A DNA stretch of 64,000 nt from Nemertoderma westbladi (lineage: Eukaryota; Animalia; Xenacoelomorpha). The DNA lies in assembly GCA_032718475.1 (NCBI GenBank), contig JAUCBJ010005181.1, positions 1 through 64,000 of the forward strand, in the 5' to 3' direction. The translations under genes and the position numbers were made by a program. Within the stretch, counting starts at the first letter, position 1; the number at the start of each line of letters is the position of its first letter. A model generated the notes under the pieces. That model saw only the letters and a program-made list of their open reading frames with translations, did no database searches and was not told the DNA's origin. This document shows positions 11,816 to 25,500 of the stretch, piece after piece.

Positions 11816-12644
11816 TGAATGTCATTTTATAAAGTTGAAAAAACGCCAAAACGCACTAAATACAGTACATGTTTAGTGGTTTAAAAACGTAATTTAATTT
11901 ATAACATTAATCTAAAGAAGCAGGTTACAGTTTCGGTGATTTCTAACCAAAACAATAAACAAAACTTAATTTAATATGCATCGAATTTGCGCTGGAGATA
12001 AATTTTTCAACTACGGTGTCACAGGAATGCCAACAAAACAATGCCCCCCCCCCCCCCCCCGCGCGGAATGCCCCCCCCCCCGGGATCTTTTCGCAGAGCG
12101 CCAAAATACCCCCCCCCCTCCCCGCGCGGAATGCACCCACGCGGACATTTTCGCCGAGCGCCAAATCCCCCCCCCCCCCCCCCCCCCCCCAGAGTATTTT
12201 CACCCCAGATTTCGGGAGTGGCGGTCTGAGACCCTAATTCAAAGTGAAATGGCGGCCCTTCGGGCCAATGGCAAGAGTCAAAAATTCCACAAAATGTCTT
12301 AGATTAGAGCCTCATGACTTAGGGTTAGGGTTACATGTCAGTTTTATTTAGGGTTTGGGCCTAACCAACTAACCCTAACCAAAAAAATAAACCAATAAAT
12401 CAAGTTAAAGTGATGTACAGTACGGTACGCTAGGCCTATTAGTACTGCAGTATTATTATACTGTAAGTCTATGTATAGGATGGGGTGCATTCCGCGCGGG
12501 GGGGGGGGGGGGGGGGGGTGGTAGATTCGCCTATAACAACGGTCCGGACAGTCTTCGCTATCTGCATACTGTATGATATCACTACAGTTACAGTACTGTA
12601 TATAGATCTACTGCTAATACAGTGCATTCTTTATACGCGGACAT

Positions 12645-12700
12645 CAGAACCAGCGCAGTAAACAGAACCAGCGCAGTAAACAGAACCAGCGCAGTAAACA
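12645..12700. repeat. 18-bp tandem repeat x3 (CAGAACCAGCGCAGTAAA)
   Basis: Direct inspection. Confidence 0.9.
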
Positions 12701-13072
12701 ACTGACTACTGTACCTTATGATTAGCTGATCACGAGTAATGTATCCCTTTCCCCACTACTTTACTTTATGATTAGCTGATCACGAGTAATGTATCCCTTT
12801 CCCCACTACTTTACTTTATGATTAGCTGATCACGAGTAATGTATCCCTTTCCCCACTACTTTACTTTATGATTAGCTGATCACGAGTAATGTATCCCTTT
12901 CCCCACTACTTTACTTTATGATTAGCTGATCACGAGTAATGTATCCCTTTCCCCACTACTTTACTTTATGATTAGCTGATCACGAGTAATGTATCCCTTT
13001 CCCCACTACTTTACTTTATGATTAGCTGATCACGAGTAATGTATCCCTTTCCCCACTACTTTACTTTATGAT

Positions 13073-14478
13073 CGCAAAAATTTTTATTGTCCGTTTAAAT
13101 CCTTTTTTTGTCCTTTTTTTTGATTTTTTATGTCCTCCAAAAGTCTAATGTTAGGTTCCATGCTACCGGTTTCTCTACTGCTGTTCTCTCAGGCTATCAG
13201 TACCGGTATTAGTATATATAGCACTATTTTGCTGTATTGTATGTACAGATGTAGGTATAAAGCAGGTATTTCTGTATTTTAGTACCGGTACCGGCACCGG
13301 TACTGCTATAGGCCTACTGTGTAGCCTACCATTTAAATACGGTAATGGTAGGCCTACCGGTTGTGCTAATAAATTTTAAATAATTGATAGGCCAAACTGG
13401 ATTGCAGGATTGTGGAAAATGTGGATATACCTTTCACATAATTTAGACCTATTACTCTGTATTAGTTTTATAATCAATAATGGATCATGACTATTGTCGA
13501 CTGTCTGAGTAGTGTTACGGATAACGGTACCACTACTTCCAACAGCACAGAAGGCCCGCCTCTGTAACCTGCCCCTTTCCCTCAATTAGTTAAATGATCG
13601 TTTATTGTTTTGGTTAGATATTCCCGCCTCTGTAACCTGCTCCTTTCCCTCAATTGGTAATGTTATCGTTTATTGTTTTGGTTAGAAAATCCCGTCTCTG
13701 TAACCTGCTCCTTTCCCTCAATTAGTTAAATTATCGTTTATTGTTTTGGTTAGAAAATCCCGCCTCTGTAACCTGCCCCTTTCCCTCAATTAGTTAAATG
13801 ATCGTTTATTGTTTTGGTTAGAAAATTCCGCCTCTGTAACCTGTCCCTTTCCCTCAATTAGTTAAATGATCGTTTATTGTTTTGGTTAGAAAATCCCGCC
13901 TCTGTAACCTGCTCCTTTCCCTCAATAAGTTAAGTGATCGTTTATTGTTTTGGTTAGAAAATCCCGCCTCTGTAACCTGCTCCTTTCCCTCAATTAGTTA
14001 AGTGATCGTTTATTGTTTTGGTTAGAAAATCCCGTTCTGTAAACCTGCTCCTTTCCCTGATTTGGTAAAGTGACTGTTTATTGTTTTGGTTAGAAAACTC
14101 GGCATTAACCTGCTCCTTTCCATCAATTGGTAATTGTTTTTGGCTATAAAATGAGTGTTTTGCTACGTCATGTGGTAATCGATTATCGACAACAACCACA
14201 AACTATTAAATATAGAGTCTTTTTACCACAGGCGCATATGGAAATCTATCTCATAGTCTATAAATCATGGAATCATGGAATGTTTTGGCACAGGCATAGT
14301 GAAATCAACTGTCTGACAGTCCAGAAATCAGCAGTCTGACAGTTTGAAGAAATACATACATAAAAAGTCATTAAAAGGACAATAAAAGTCATTAAAAGGA
14401 CAACAAAAGTCATTATGCATAATTCGTAAAAAAAAATGACAAAAAAAGTCAAATAAAAGGACATAAAAAATCACTGCC
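13073..14478. mobile_element. Mutator/foldback-like non-autonomous element with 8-9 bp TSD (C)TTTATGAT
   Basis: Duplicated CTTTATGAT at 13064-13072 and 14479-14487; imperfect TIRs with TTTTTATGTCC subrepeats; contains a 68-bp satellite. Confidence 0.65.
13555..14130 (-). repeat. 68-bp satellite of the shared core, about 8 copies
   Basis: Units at 13555, 13623 and onward. Confidence 0.93.
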
Positions 14479-14634
14479 CTTTATGATTAGCTGATCACGA
14501 GTAATGTATCCCTTTCCCCACTACTTTACTTTATGATTAGCTGATCACGAGTAATGTATCCCTTTCCCCACTACTTTACTTTATGATTACAGTAGCTGAT
14601 CACGAGTAATGTATCCCCCCCCCCCCCCCACTAC

Positions 14635-14741
14635 CTTATGATTAGCTGATCACGAGTAATGTATCCCTTCCCCTCCTGGTCGCAATGCAGGAACAATTCC
14701 TTAGACTTCTGTGCCAACATTTCTTGCACGTCATCATCCAT
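14635..14741 (-). CDS. EF-hand protein (CRACR2/EFCAB4/RASEF-like), coding exon 1
   Basis: accATGg start; MDDDVQEMLAQKSKELFLHCDQEGKGYITRDQLII; 107 nt, phase-2 donor AG|GTAGTG compatible with exon 2. Not in the supplied ORF track. Confidence 0.8.
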
Positions 14742-16224
14742 GGTTTCCGCCGACCAAACTATAACTTATGTCCAAAACGCGCCAAGTTTCATCATATTTA
14801 CTCTTTAATGAGACTTATATATATGTATCAGATACACTTTATGATTATACGTAGCGAGCATAGATCGTGGCAATTCAATTAACCATGTAAACTTATGCTG
14901 AGAAAATATGAGTATCATACATAATACAGTAAAATATAAAATAAAATGAAAATCAATTAAATTATTGCAGCTGTCTTTCTAAAACTACTACAGTACAGTT
15001 TGTATTTTTACAAATTGATAATAATTATAAGGAAATTACATAATATAAATACAAACAGTATAACATGGAATTACTATTTGGCAAATAAATCAGGTCTGCA
15101 AAGATTATTATTCTGGCCAATATTAAGGAATTGCTAACACTGAGCAAAATACAATTGTATATATAATTTATGGGTATTGTTTAATGGAAAATGTATACAA
15201 TATACGTGTGCACTGTGCACCCGTATGAACTCTACGCGTAAATACAATAAACTGGGCGAGCGTGCTTTCGTAAACACAGCTTCGCATAATGACAAAAAAT
15301 ATTCTCCAACATAAAAACTTTTAATCACTGTTAAATAACGATAGGTTACGAGCTGCATAATTGCTCTGTTACTGTTATTGGTTTTCCCAATAACACACAG
15401 TACGATTACTACACGCTGCTCAGCACAGCTGCCTCACAGCAAAGAAAATTAATTGTTCGGGGATCGGGGTTCATACTCACTCGTTCAATATTACTGAAAA
15501 ATGGGCTGTTAACTGCTGCATTTCCTATTTAATATAGTAAAAAAAACAGACCTCTGTATAAACAATAAACACTCTAAAAATAAACAATTCAAATCGAACG
15601 TTATTAATTGAAATTTCCCAAAAATAATGCGAAAATAGAAAATATATGAGGAAATACACATTAATTAAATGGAGAGACACTTTAACCAATGGGATTGTTT
15701 TGTCAATGGAATGTTTTAGGTGTAGGGTGACAGATGTTCAGTTCCCATTAGGGGTGGTGGGAATAATGCTGTGTTTGATAATGCAAGCAAGGCAGCCTTT
15801 CAATCAATAGTCACTATGGGAAGGAGCTGGTTACCGCGGTACTCTGTAGGCAGTACTATTGTTCCTTGCGTACTACTACAGTAATTACATAACGTCTGAC
15901 GTCATCACATAGATTGCTGCAAGCGTTCTTTCGGTACCAGCATTTCGTAATTGCCGATATAGACAGACATTCTAATAAAAGGATTTCTGAGAAATAAACA
16001 GTTCCATAAAATTTGATTTTGAACCTATTTATAACCCCCGTTTCAGGAATAAATATGGGAACAAATAGGCCTACACAGTTGGTGGAAGTGAAACATCTTT
16101 CCTACAAATAACGCATGTGCAAGGACCGCGTTCTTATACTGCTATGCACCTGCTATCCGCAACATCAGTCAGTCACAAGTCATTAGGTTAAATGGTTAAA
16201 TGCGCTGCCTTCACATCTCCCCAA

Positions 16225-16605
16225 GGGTACACGCAGCAAACTTCGCCCGCGTCCAATCTTCGCCCGGAGCAATCTTCGCCCTCAAAATGAGCAACTATCG
16301 CCCGGCGGAAACCTTCGCCCGCAGGAAATCTTCGCCCGCGGGTATCCTTCGCCCAATAAACAATTATTGTTTTGGTTAGAAAAAGCCGTCTCTTTAACCA
16401 GCTCCTTTCCCCCAATTAGTAACAGCATTGTTTATTGTTTTGGTTAGAAAAATCCGTCTCTGTAACCTGCTCCCTTCCCTCAATTTGTAACTAAAATGGT
16501 TACTAACACAAACCTTATTGGGCGAATGTTGCTCGCGGGCGAAGATTGCCTTGCGGGCGAAGGTTTCCCCCGGGCGATGGTTGTACGCGGGCGAAGATTG
16601 CACCC
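16225..16605. mobile_element. Foldback MITE with TIRs of TTCGCCC subrepeats around the shared core
   Basis: GGGTACA...TGCACCC ends; CTTCGCCC repeats on the left and GGGCGAAG on the right; core copies at 16363-16480. Confidence 0.7.
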
Positions 16606-17288
16606 ATCCTCTCCAAGCGAGTTTTCGATTCGGCACGAAATGGTTTAAGTTGGGCGTTGTCGGTAGTCGGCAGAAGACACCCTTTTGGATATTTTTAAAA
16701 ATACACCCTAGTATTTGATTGGATATTGTGAAAGATATTTAGATGGGTTTTTTATTGCCGTGATTACGGTTGTCGGTTCTGAATCTGATTGACGAATGTA
16801 CGGTGGCTGATTGTGGCCAATTATTTTCATTTTAAATGATTTTCACACGGGTGAAAAACATTTATCACCCGGGTGAAAAAAATTAAATGTTTAACTATTT
16901 ACTTTAGTTTATTGTTTTGGTTAGAAATAGCGTGCCACTACAACCTGTTCCTTTCCCTTAATTGATAATTAAAATTTTAATTATCCGAGTTGGGATTTTT
17001 GTCAAGTCCCCCCCCCCCCCCCCCCCCCCACTCCCCTGTTTATGGGGGGGGGGGGGGGGGGTGCTAAATTAAGAATACATACAGTATTACGTTGCAAAAT
17101 AAACGTATAACATTTATTTCCATTACTGTTTATATTGCGGGGAGGGGGGTAGGGACACATGCCTCACACATGTTTTTCTGGCCCTTGTGTAGTATACCAG
17201 ACTTTCTTGTGCTATATTTCACTTTGCTATGGTTTTATTAAAGTTAATAATAATATGAAATAGGAAATTATTTATCATACCAGAATCA

Positions 17289-17546
17289 GAGACAGGGGGG
17301 GAAACTGGACGCAAAACCAGCCTTGGCGAATTAATATCCCGCCTCAATGTTAAATTCTCTATTTAGGGAAAGGAGCAGGTTACAGAGGCAGGTTATTTTA
17401 ACCAAAACAATAAACTAAACACAATAGAACAGGTTACAGTTTTATTTTTGCGAGTAATCAGCTGTTATTTGCGTCGAATTTCCCCTGGAGGGGGATGAAT
17501 TTTTATTGCGTCCAGTCCCCCCCCCCCCCCCCCCCCCCCCTATCTG
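17289..17546. mobile_element. MITE with ACTGGACGCAA TIRs, poly-G/C ends and 8-bp TSD CAGAATCA; related pieces at 752-1050
   Basis: CAGAATCA at 17281-17288 and 17547-17554; core at 17362-17415. Confidence 0.7.
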
Positions 17547-18523
17547 CAGAATCAAGCGCACCTTAATGCGGTATGTACACGTACAGTATACAGTTAGTAT
17601 ATGTACCGTGTACTGTACGTCATAGAAAACGAAACTAAATGTTACTAGAGACTACAGGTGACATGGTAACCCTAAACAACCAACTGGCGTAACAAGGAAG
17701 TTTTTGGTGAACCGGTATTGCAATTGCTGGTGTGTTATCATAGTAGGCCTAAATACCTGCAGGCTACAAACTGAGGATGAGACGGGTCTATCTACATTAC
17801 TACATTCAAACTGCCTAAGCATAGCCGCGGCCTACTAACTGCAGAACTGGACAGCACTGGAATTATTGTCTTAATAATTACATAACAGCATTACATTACA
17901 CACGCTCTCTCCTACAAAAAGTACATATAAATGACATACATACCGAACATTTGCCACACTCACTTCACCCAACATACAGACATAACAGAGAGAGAGAGAA
18001 CAGACAGACGTCCACGTCGTACTAAATTACATACAGTTCTGACTGATATTCTGATCAACCACATTGTTTTTCCATTGTGCTGTCGTGTTGCACCACTGCT
18101 AGTGTAGCTTACCCCGACGGGGGGGGGGGGGGGGGGGGAAATATTATAATATACTGGTGCACATTCAGACCTTTTGTTGCCTCTATTTATTAATTTACTA
18201 CATACTATTATTATTGCCGATGCCGATGCCGCTGCCGTTGGTATCAGCAGGTAGCCGTGCACCGTGTGGCTGTGGCTGGCTACCTGCCTGCCTGCTGAAA
18301 ACATACTGACATACACCAGTCAGTACACGACGCGACGCCCGTCAGCATGTACCAGTACGTAGTACTGTAGTAGGCCTACACAGCTCTGCAGCTGGACGGA
18401 GCACAGGAGCAAGTACAGTACTGTGTAGTGGACTGCAGCAGTAGTAGTGCTAGGACTTTGGACTGTTAAGACTGAGAGGCACTGTATTGCTGTACCTTAC
18501 AGCCTTAGTTTAGTACCTACCAC

Positions 18524-19222
18524 ATGGGATACAGAAATCTGGTAATGGCTAATCATTTAACAAGTAGACGACTGGCCGCGCAAGAATTTCTACTGAACAT
18601 CTCCCTTGATGGAATGGTAGCTTCGAGTCGTGATAATAACATCAGCGAAAACAGCCGAAATTCCGTCAATCTAGATTCAATTTACAAAGATCTTTATCGA
18701 GAGATTCCTCTTCCCTCACAAAACGCGAACGAACCAACTAATAAACTTAGCAAAAACGATTCCAAGTCTGCTGGTAAACATTTGTCTGTAGACACCCAAT
18801 GTTCTATAGATACGGGCACTTCCTCCGGTGCAACTAGTTGCCTCACAACGCCGGTCCCCCGGTACGCGCCGGGTCTATTCGTTCCCAAAATATGTTTCCT
18901 CCCCGACTCGAAACACAATCAACTCGCGCGAACCTTCAAAGACGAAGTCAACAATAAACAAGCGCGTATCGCCATGGCTACCCGGAACCGGAATCCCTAT
19001 CTAGTCTACTCAATAATTGCCTACGCGAAGTCGGACAGGGGCGATAAACCCTCGAGGCATTATTCTATTGTGAAGCCGGTCGAGTCGTCTGGGAGCTGTG
19101 GAGGGCTGCTGGCCGGGGTCGAACTCGGTACCTCCACTAAGGTTGTTTCCTACGCCGACTACCTACAACCTACAACGTTGTGGCAGGATCACACCGACAA
19201 ACTGCCGTTTTATCAGGAACAG
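18524..19222 (+). CDS. CABLES: CDK5 and ABL1 enzyme substrate (CABLES), exon 1
   Basis: Family N-terminal motif RRLAAQEFLLNISLDG; donor CAG|GTTGGC, phase 0. Confidence 0.85.
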
Positions 19223-19326
19223 GTTGGCTATAATTGCGACTTTGCCATAAGTTGTATTATTGTCTTGTAGTAAAAGTTGTTTCATCACTGCTTGGCAGCT
19301 TGGAGACTGTTCAGCTGTAGGATGGC

Positions 19327-20703
19327 TAAAACGTCTGTCCTTATCTGATCTGATCTGATCAAATAAAATAAGCTATAAATCTTAAATTTGTTTTTAGCGG
19401 CTGGTGCCAAATTTTGGTGCCCCTGTGAAGAATACCGCCCATGTGAAGAATACCAGGATTTCACTTTTCGGTCGACTTTTACTGGAATTTTATTTATGAA
19501 GATTTTAAAATTTATCTTTATTGAGTGTATTATAGAGCTTATTTATGTCTTATAACCTGTAAATATACTAATTTGTTTATTGTTTTGGTTATATTCAGCC
19601 GTTCTGTAACCTGTGTTTTTGGTGAAAACCTGGTATTCTTCACATGGGGGTAACTGCAAAGTGAAATATAACGGCAGAAAGTCTGGTATTCTTCGCCCAT
19701 GTAAAGAATACCAGGATTTCACTCTTCGGTCGATTTTTTATTGGTCGATATTTTTTATTAAATTTATCTTTATTAAGTGTTTTATGCGCGTGCGCGATGT
19801 CCTTTATTTTTTGAGGGGGATGATCTATTGATCAGTCAGTCGGACGGTCAGTAAGAAGGTGGGTGTAAACAAGCCGACGCGGTAACCTGCTCCTTTCCCT
19901 CAATTTGTAGGTAAAACGTCGTTTATTGTTTTGGTTAGAAATTACAGCCGCTGTAACCTGCTCTTTTCCTTCAATTGGAAGGTAACAACAACGTTTATTA
20001 ATTCCCACATTCCCATCCACCTTCCCATATTCCTTCATCGTCTGAGTATAAACTCCACTGTATCAGCTGGCAATATGGGGCATGTTAAGTGTTTCGTCAT
20101 ATACAATACATACACACTACACAGTAGGCCTAGAGAGATACCCCTTCCTGCCTTCCCTTTAGCTGTTTAGCGTAACAAACAAACAATAAATATTTTAAAT
20201 GTAATGTATTAATAAGTATCAATACTTAATTAATAATATTAATTATAATTAATATAATTAACTTTAAGGATTAATAGTGATAACTATTAACAATAAAGAT
20301 TTACGAAAATATTGCAGCAAAGGCTGTATTGTTTTTAATACCGGTAAATGTTTAATGTTTCAACACCAACTAAATCTACGAAAGTTGTTTACAACTGAAA
20401 CTATCCATCTCTGCTGGGACAATCACACAACTTTCATACCCGCCATCCTTCATCCTATATCACATTTTTTATATATATTAATATGCCTTTGTTCATTAGA
20501 TGCATACCGGTATGCCTGTACTGCTATGTCATATGATGATAATACTGATACATAAACAGGCAACGTGAAACGTGATCCCCTATTCAGCTATTGGTTATTT
20601 ATCTAACAGACAGTTAGGTAAATATTATATCTCTTTCTCCTGATTGGTTAGGCCTATAGGATCAGATGCTGTCAGATCAGATCAGATAAGGACAGACGTT
20701 TTA
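19327..20703. mobile_element. TIR element (TAAAACGTCTGTCCTTATCTGATCTGATCTGA) with nested MITE fragments, in CABLES intron 1
   Basis: About 32-bp perfect inverted repeat at 19327-19358 and 20672-20703. Confidence 0.65.
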
Positions 20704-20864
20704 TTCTACCTCGTTCAGCTGTTAGGCCTACCAATAAGAACCAGACATGCTAAGTGTAGCCTGTAATGTAGGGTATTGCTGTATTGGGAAGCTGGACAAT
20801 TCCATAAATTAACATACGGTTTTGGGACAATTAATAGTCTCATAAAGGGGTATAATTACTTATT

Positions 20865-22010
20865 GAGGGAAAGGAGCTAGTTACAGAGGCAGGCTTTTCT
20901 AACCAAAACAATAAACGGCCACTTTACTGCTTTCCCAATTGAGGGAAAGGAGCAGGTTACTGAGGCGGGATTTTCTAACCAAAACAATAAACGGCGACTT
21001 TACTGCTTTACCAATTAAGGGAAAGGAGCAGGTTACTGAGGCGGGATTTTCTAACCAAAACAATAAACGCCCACTTTACTGCTTTACCAATTGAGGGAAA
21101 GGAGCAGGTTACAGAGGCAGGCTTTTCTAACCAAAACAATAAACGGCCACTTTACTGCTTTACCAATTGAGGGAAAGGAGCAGGTTACCGGGTACTGAGG
21201 CGGGATTTTCTACCCAAAACAATAAACGGCCACTTTACTGCTTTCCCAATTGAGGGAAAGGAGCAGGTTACTGAGGCGGGATTTTCTAACCAAAACAATA
21301 AACGGCCACTTTACTGCTTTACCAATTAAGGGAAAGGAGCAGGTTACTGAGGCGGGATTTTCTAACCAAAACAATAAACGGTCACTTTACTGCTTTACCA
21401 ATTAAGGGAAAGGAGCAGGTTACTGAGGCGGGATTTTCTAACCAAAACAATAAACGGCCACTTTACTGCTTTACCAATTGAGGGAAAGGAGCAGGTTACA
21501 GAGGCAGGCTTTTCTAACCAAAACAATAAACGGCCACTTTACTGCTTTACCAATTGAGGGAAAGGAGCAGGTTACCGGGTACTGAGGCGGGATTTTCTAA
21601 CCAAAACAATAAACGGCCACTTTACTGCTTTCCCAATTGAGGGAAAGGAGCAGGTTACTGAGGCGGGATTTTCTAACCAAAACAATAAACGGCCACTTTA
21701 CTGCTTTACCAATTAAGGGAAACGAGCAGGTTACTGAGGCGGGATTTTCTAACCAAAACAATAAACGCCCACTTTACTGCTTTACCAATTGAGGGAAAGG
21801 AGCAGGTTACAGAGGCAGGCTTTTCTAACCAAAACAATAAACGGCCACTTTACTGCTTTACCAATTGAGGGAAAGGAGCAGGTTACAGAAGCAGGCTTTT
21901 CTAACCAAAGCAATAAACGATCACTTTACCACTTTAGGGAAAGTAGCAGGTTACTGAGGCGGGATTTTCTAACCAAAACAATAAACGATCATTTTACCAA
22001 TTGAGGGAAA
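20865..22010 (+). repeat. 76-bp satellite of the shared core, about 15 copies
   Basis: Units at 20865, 20941, 21017 and onward; two 83-bp variant units. Confidence 0.95.
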
Positions 22011-22198
22011 CATGGTCAGACAGTCAGTAGTCACTCTATAAGTACTGAAGTATAACCAAACCAAATCAGGCAGTCAAGCAATAGGTACCGGTACGCAGTT
22101 GTAGAATGACAATTAGAAACGGCTGAAAAGGTCGCTCCCCAAAGTGACAAGACCCCCATAAAATATTATTTTTAATAATAACACTATATATTTCTTAG

Positions 22199-22592
22199 TT
22201 CGAAATGAATCCGCTACATTTCCTTAAGGATCGTTACGGATCCCAGCTAAACGTATCCGATCCGTTACAATTCTACGATCCAACCTACCTCGACGACCCG
22301 TTACTCCAGAGCGGCAAACACAAAACCGTATGCAACTTCAGCTCCTACACCGTCTCTTTCATAGACTACGCGAAACCATGCGAACTCAAGAAGTCCCTCA
22401 ACGCCAAGTTCAGGTCCCAGTTCCCGGGGATACAACTCTCGCTCACAAAGATACGGAGTCTCAAAAGGGAACTGGTTCGTATCGGTTCCTCGTGCGGTGT
22501 GGAACTAGCCGTAGTCGCACAGGGGTTCGTTTATTTCGAGAAGGTTGTGTTGCAGCAACGGGTGACGAAACAGAATAGAAAACTCGTAGCTG
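22199..22592 (+). CDS. CABLES: CABLES exon 2 (cyclin-box N-terminal part)
   Basis: YDPTYLDDP..GKHKTV..SY..IDY.KP.ELKK.LN.KFR..FP.IQLSLTKIRSLKRE..YFEK..KQNRKLVAG; acceptor ttcttAG, donor G|GTAGGT. Confidence 0.93.
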
Positions 22593-25500
22593 GTAGGTTA
22601 GGGAACAGAAAACTCGTAGCTGGTTGGTTAGGGAACAGAAAACTCGTAGCTGGTAGGTTAGGAAACGGAAAACTCGTAGCTGGTAGGTTAGGGAACAGAA
22701 AACTTGTAGCTGGTTGGTTAGGGAACAGAAAACTCGTAGCTGGTAGGTTGGGGAACAGAAAACTCGTAGCTGGTAGGTTAGGGAACAGAAAACTTGTAGC
22801 TGGTTGGTTAGGGAACAGAAAACTCGTAGCTGGTTGGTTAGGGAACAGAAAACTCGTAGCTGGTAGGTTAGGAAACGGAAAACTCGTAGCTGGTAGGTTA
22901 AGGAACAGAAAACTCGTAGCTGGTAGGTTAGGAAACGGAAAACTCGTAGCTGGTAGGTTAGGAAACGGAAAACTCGTAGCTGGTAGGTTAAGGAACAGAA
23001 AACTCGTAGCTGGTAGGTTAGGAAACGGAAAACTCGTAGCTGGTAGGTTAGGGAACAGAAAACTTGTAGCTGGTTGGTTAGGGAACAGAAAACTCGTAGC
23101 TGGTAGGTTGGGGAACAGAAAACTCGTAGCTGGTAGGTTAGGAAACGGAAAACTCGTAGCTGGTAGGTTAGGAAACAGAAAACTTGTAGCTGGTTGGTTA
23201 GGGAACAGAAAACTCGTAGCTGGTAGGTTGGGGAACAGAAAACTCGTAGCTGGTAGGTTAGGGAACAGAAAACTCGTAGCTGGTAGGTTGGGGAACAGAA
23301 AACTCGTAGCTGGTAGGTTAGGGAACAGAAAACTCGTAGCTGGTAGGTTGGGGAACAGGAAACTCGTAGCTGGTAGGTTAGGAAACGGAAAACTCGTAGC
23401 TGGTAGGTTGGGGAACAGAAAACTCGTAGCTGGTTGGTTTAGGTAAGAGAACAGAAAACTCGTAGCTTGTAGGTTAGGAAACAGAAAACTCGTAGCTGGT
23501 AGGTTAAGGAACAGAAAACTCGTAGCTGGTAGGTTAGGAAACGGAAAACTCGTAGCTGGTAGGTTAGGGAACAGAAAACTTGTAGCTGGTTGGTTAGGGA
23601 ACAGAAAACTCGTAGCTGGTAGGTTGGGGAACAGAAAACTCGTAGCTGGTAGGTTAGGGAACAGAAAACTCGTAGCTGGTAGGTTGGGGAACAGAGAACT
23701 CGTAGCTGGTAGGTTAGGGAACAGAAAACTCGTAGCTGGTAGGTTGGGGAACAGAAAACTCGTAGCTGGTAGGTTAGGAAACGGAAAACTCGTAGCTGGT
23801 AGGTTGGGGAACAGAAAACTCGTAGCTGGTTGGTTTAGGTAAGAGAACAGAAAACTCGTAGCTTGTAGGTTAGGAAACAGAAAACTCGTAGCTGGTAGGT
23901 TAGGGAACAGAAAACTCGTAGCTGGTAGGTTAGGGAACAGAAAACTCGTAGCTGGTAGGTTAGGAAACGGAAAACTCGTAGCTGGTAGGTTAGGGAACAG
24001 AAAACTCGTAGCTGGTAGGTTAGGGAACAGAAAACTCGTAGCTGGTTGGTTAGGAAACGGAAAACTCGTAGCTGGTAGGTTAGGGAACAGAAAACTCGTA
24101 GCTGGTAGGTTAGGGAACAGAAAACTCGTAGCTGGTAGGTTAGGAAACGGAAAACTCGTAGCTGGTAGGTTGGGAAACAGAAAACTCGTAGCTGGTAGGT
24201 TAGGAAACAGAAAACTCGTAGCTGGTAGGTTAGGGAACAGAAAACTCGTAGCTGGTAGGTTGGGGAACAGAAAACTCGTAGCTGGTTGGTTAGGGAACAA
24301 ACTCGTAGCTGGTAGGTTAGGGAACAGAAACTCGTAGCTGGTAGGTTAGGAAACGGAAAACTCGTAGCTGGTAGGTTAGGAAACAGAAAACTCGTAGCTG
24401 GTAGGTTAGGAAACGGAAAACTCGTAGCTGGTAGGTTGGGGAACAGAAAACTCGTAGCTGGTAGGTTAGGAAACGGAAAACTCGTAGCTGGTAGGTTAGG
24501 GAACAGAAAACTCGTAGCTGGTAGGTTAGGAAACGGAAAACTCGTAGCTGGTAGGTTAGGGAAACAGAAAACTCGTAGCTGGTAGGTTAGGGAACAGAAA
24601 ACTCGTAGCTGGTAGGTTAGGGAACAGAAAACTCGTAGCTGGTAGGTTAGGAAACGGAAAACTCGTAGCTGGTAGGTTAGGAAACAGAAAACTCGTAGCT
24701 GGTAGGTTAGGAAACGGAAAACTCGTAGCTGGTAGGTTGGGGAACAGAAAACTCGTAGCTGGTAGGTTAGGGAACAGAAAACTCGTAGCTGGTAGGTTGG
24801 GGAACAGAAAACTCGTAGCTGGTAGGTTAGGAAACGGAAAACTCGTAGCTGGTAGGTTGGGGAACAGAAAACTCGTAGCTGGTTGGTTTAGGTAAGAGAA
24901 CAGAAAACTCGTAGCTTGTAGGTTAGGAAACAGAAAACTCGTAGCTGGTAGGTTAAGGAACAGAAAACTCGTAGCTGGTAGGTTAGGAAACGGAAAACTC
25001 GTAGCTGGTAGGTTAGGGAACAGAAAACTTGTAGCTGGTTGGTTAGGGAACAGAAAACTCGTAGCTGGTAGGTTGGGGAACAGAAAACTCGTAGCTGGTA
25101 GGTTAGGGAACAGAAAACTCGTAGCTGGTAGGTTGGGGAACAGAAAACTCGTAGCTGGTAGGTTAGGGAACAGAAAAGTCGTAGCTGGTAGGTTGGGGAA
25201 CAGAAAACTCGTAGCTGGTAGGTTAGGAAACGGAAAACTCGTAGCTGGTAGGTTGGGGAACAGAAAACTCGTAGCTGGTTGGTTTAGGTAAGAGAACAGA
25301 AAACTCGTAGCTTGTAGGTTAGGAAACAGAAAACTCGTAGCTGGTAGGTTAGGAAACGGAAAACTCGTAGCTGGTAGGTTAGGGAACAGAAAACTCGTAG
25401 CTGGTAGGTTGGGGAACAGAAAACTCGTAGCTGGTATGTTAGGAAACAGAAAACTCGTAGCTGGTAGGTTAGGGAACAGAAAACTCGTAGCTGGTAGGTT

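Larger units (their letters stand above)
12712..14673 (-). repeat. 50-bp minisatellite made of the EF-hand exon-1 3' end plus donor; 7 copies at 12716-13072 and 3 at 14480-14634, split by an insertion
   Basis: Unit contains GGGATACATTACTCGTGATCAGCTAATCATAA, identical to the exon end, followed by GTAAAGTAGTG. Confidence 0.92.

Noticed and set aside
11943-12302. Proline- or glycine-rich short ORFs
   Set aside because: Arise from poly-C/G runs in a MITE-like repeat
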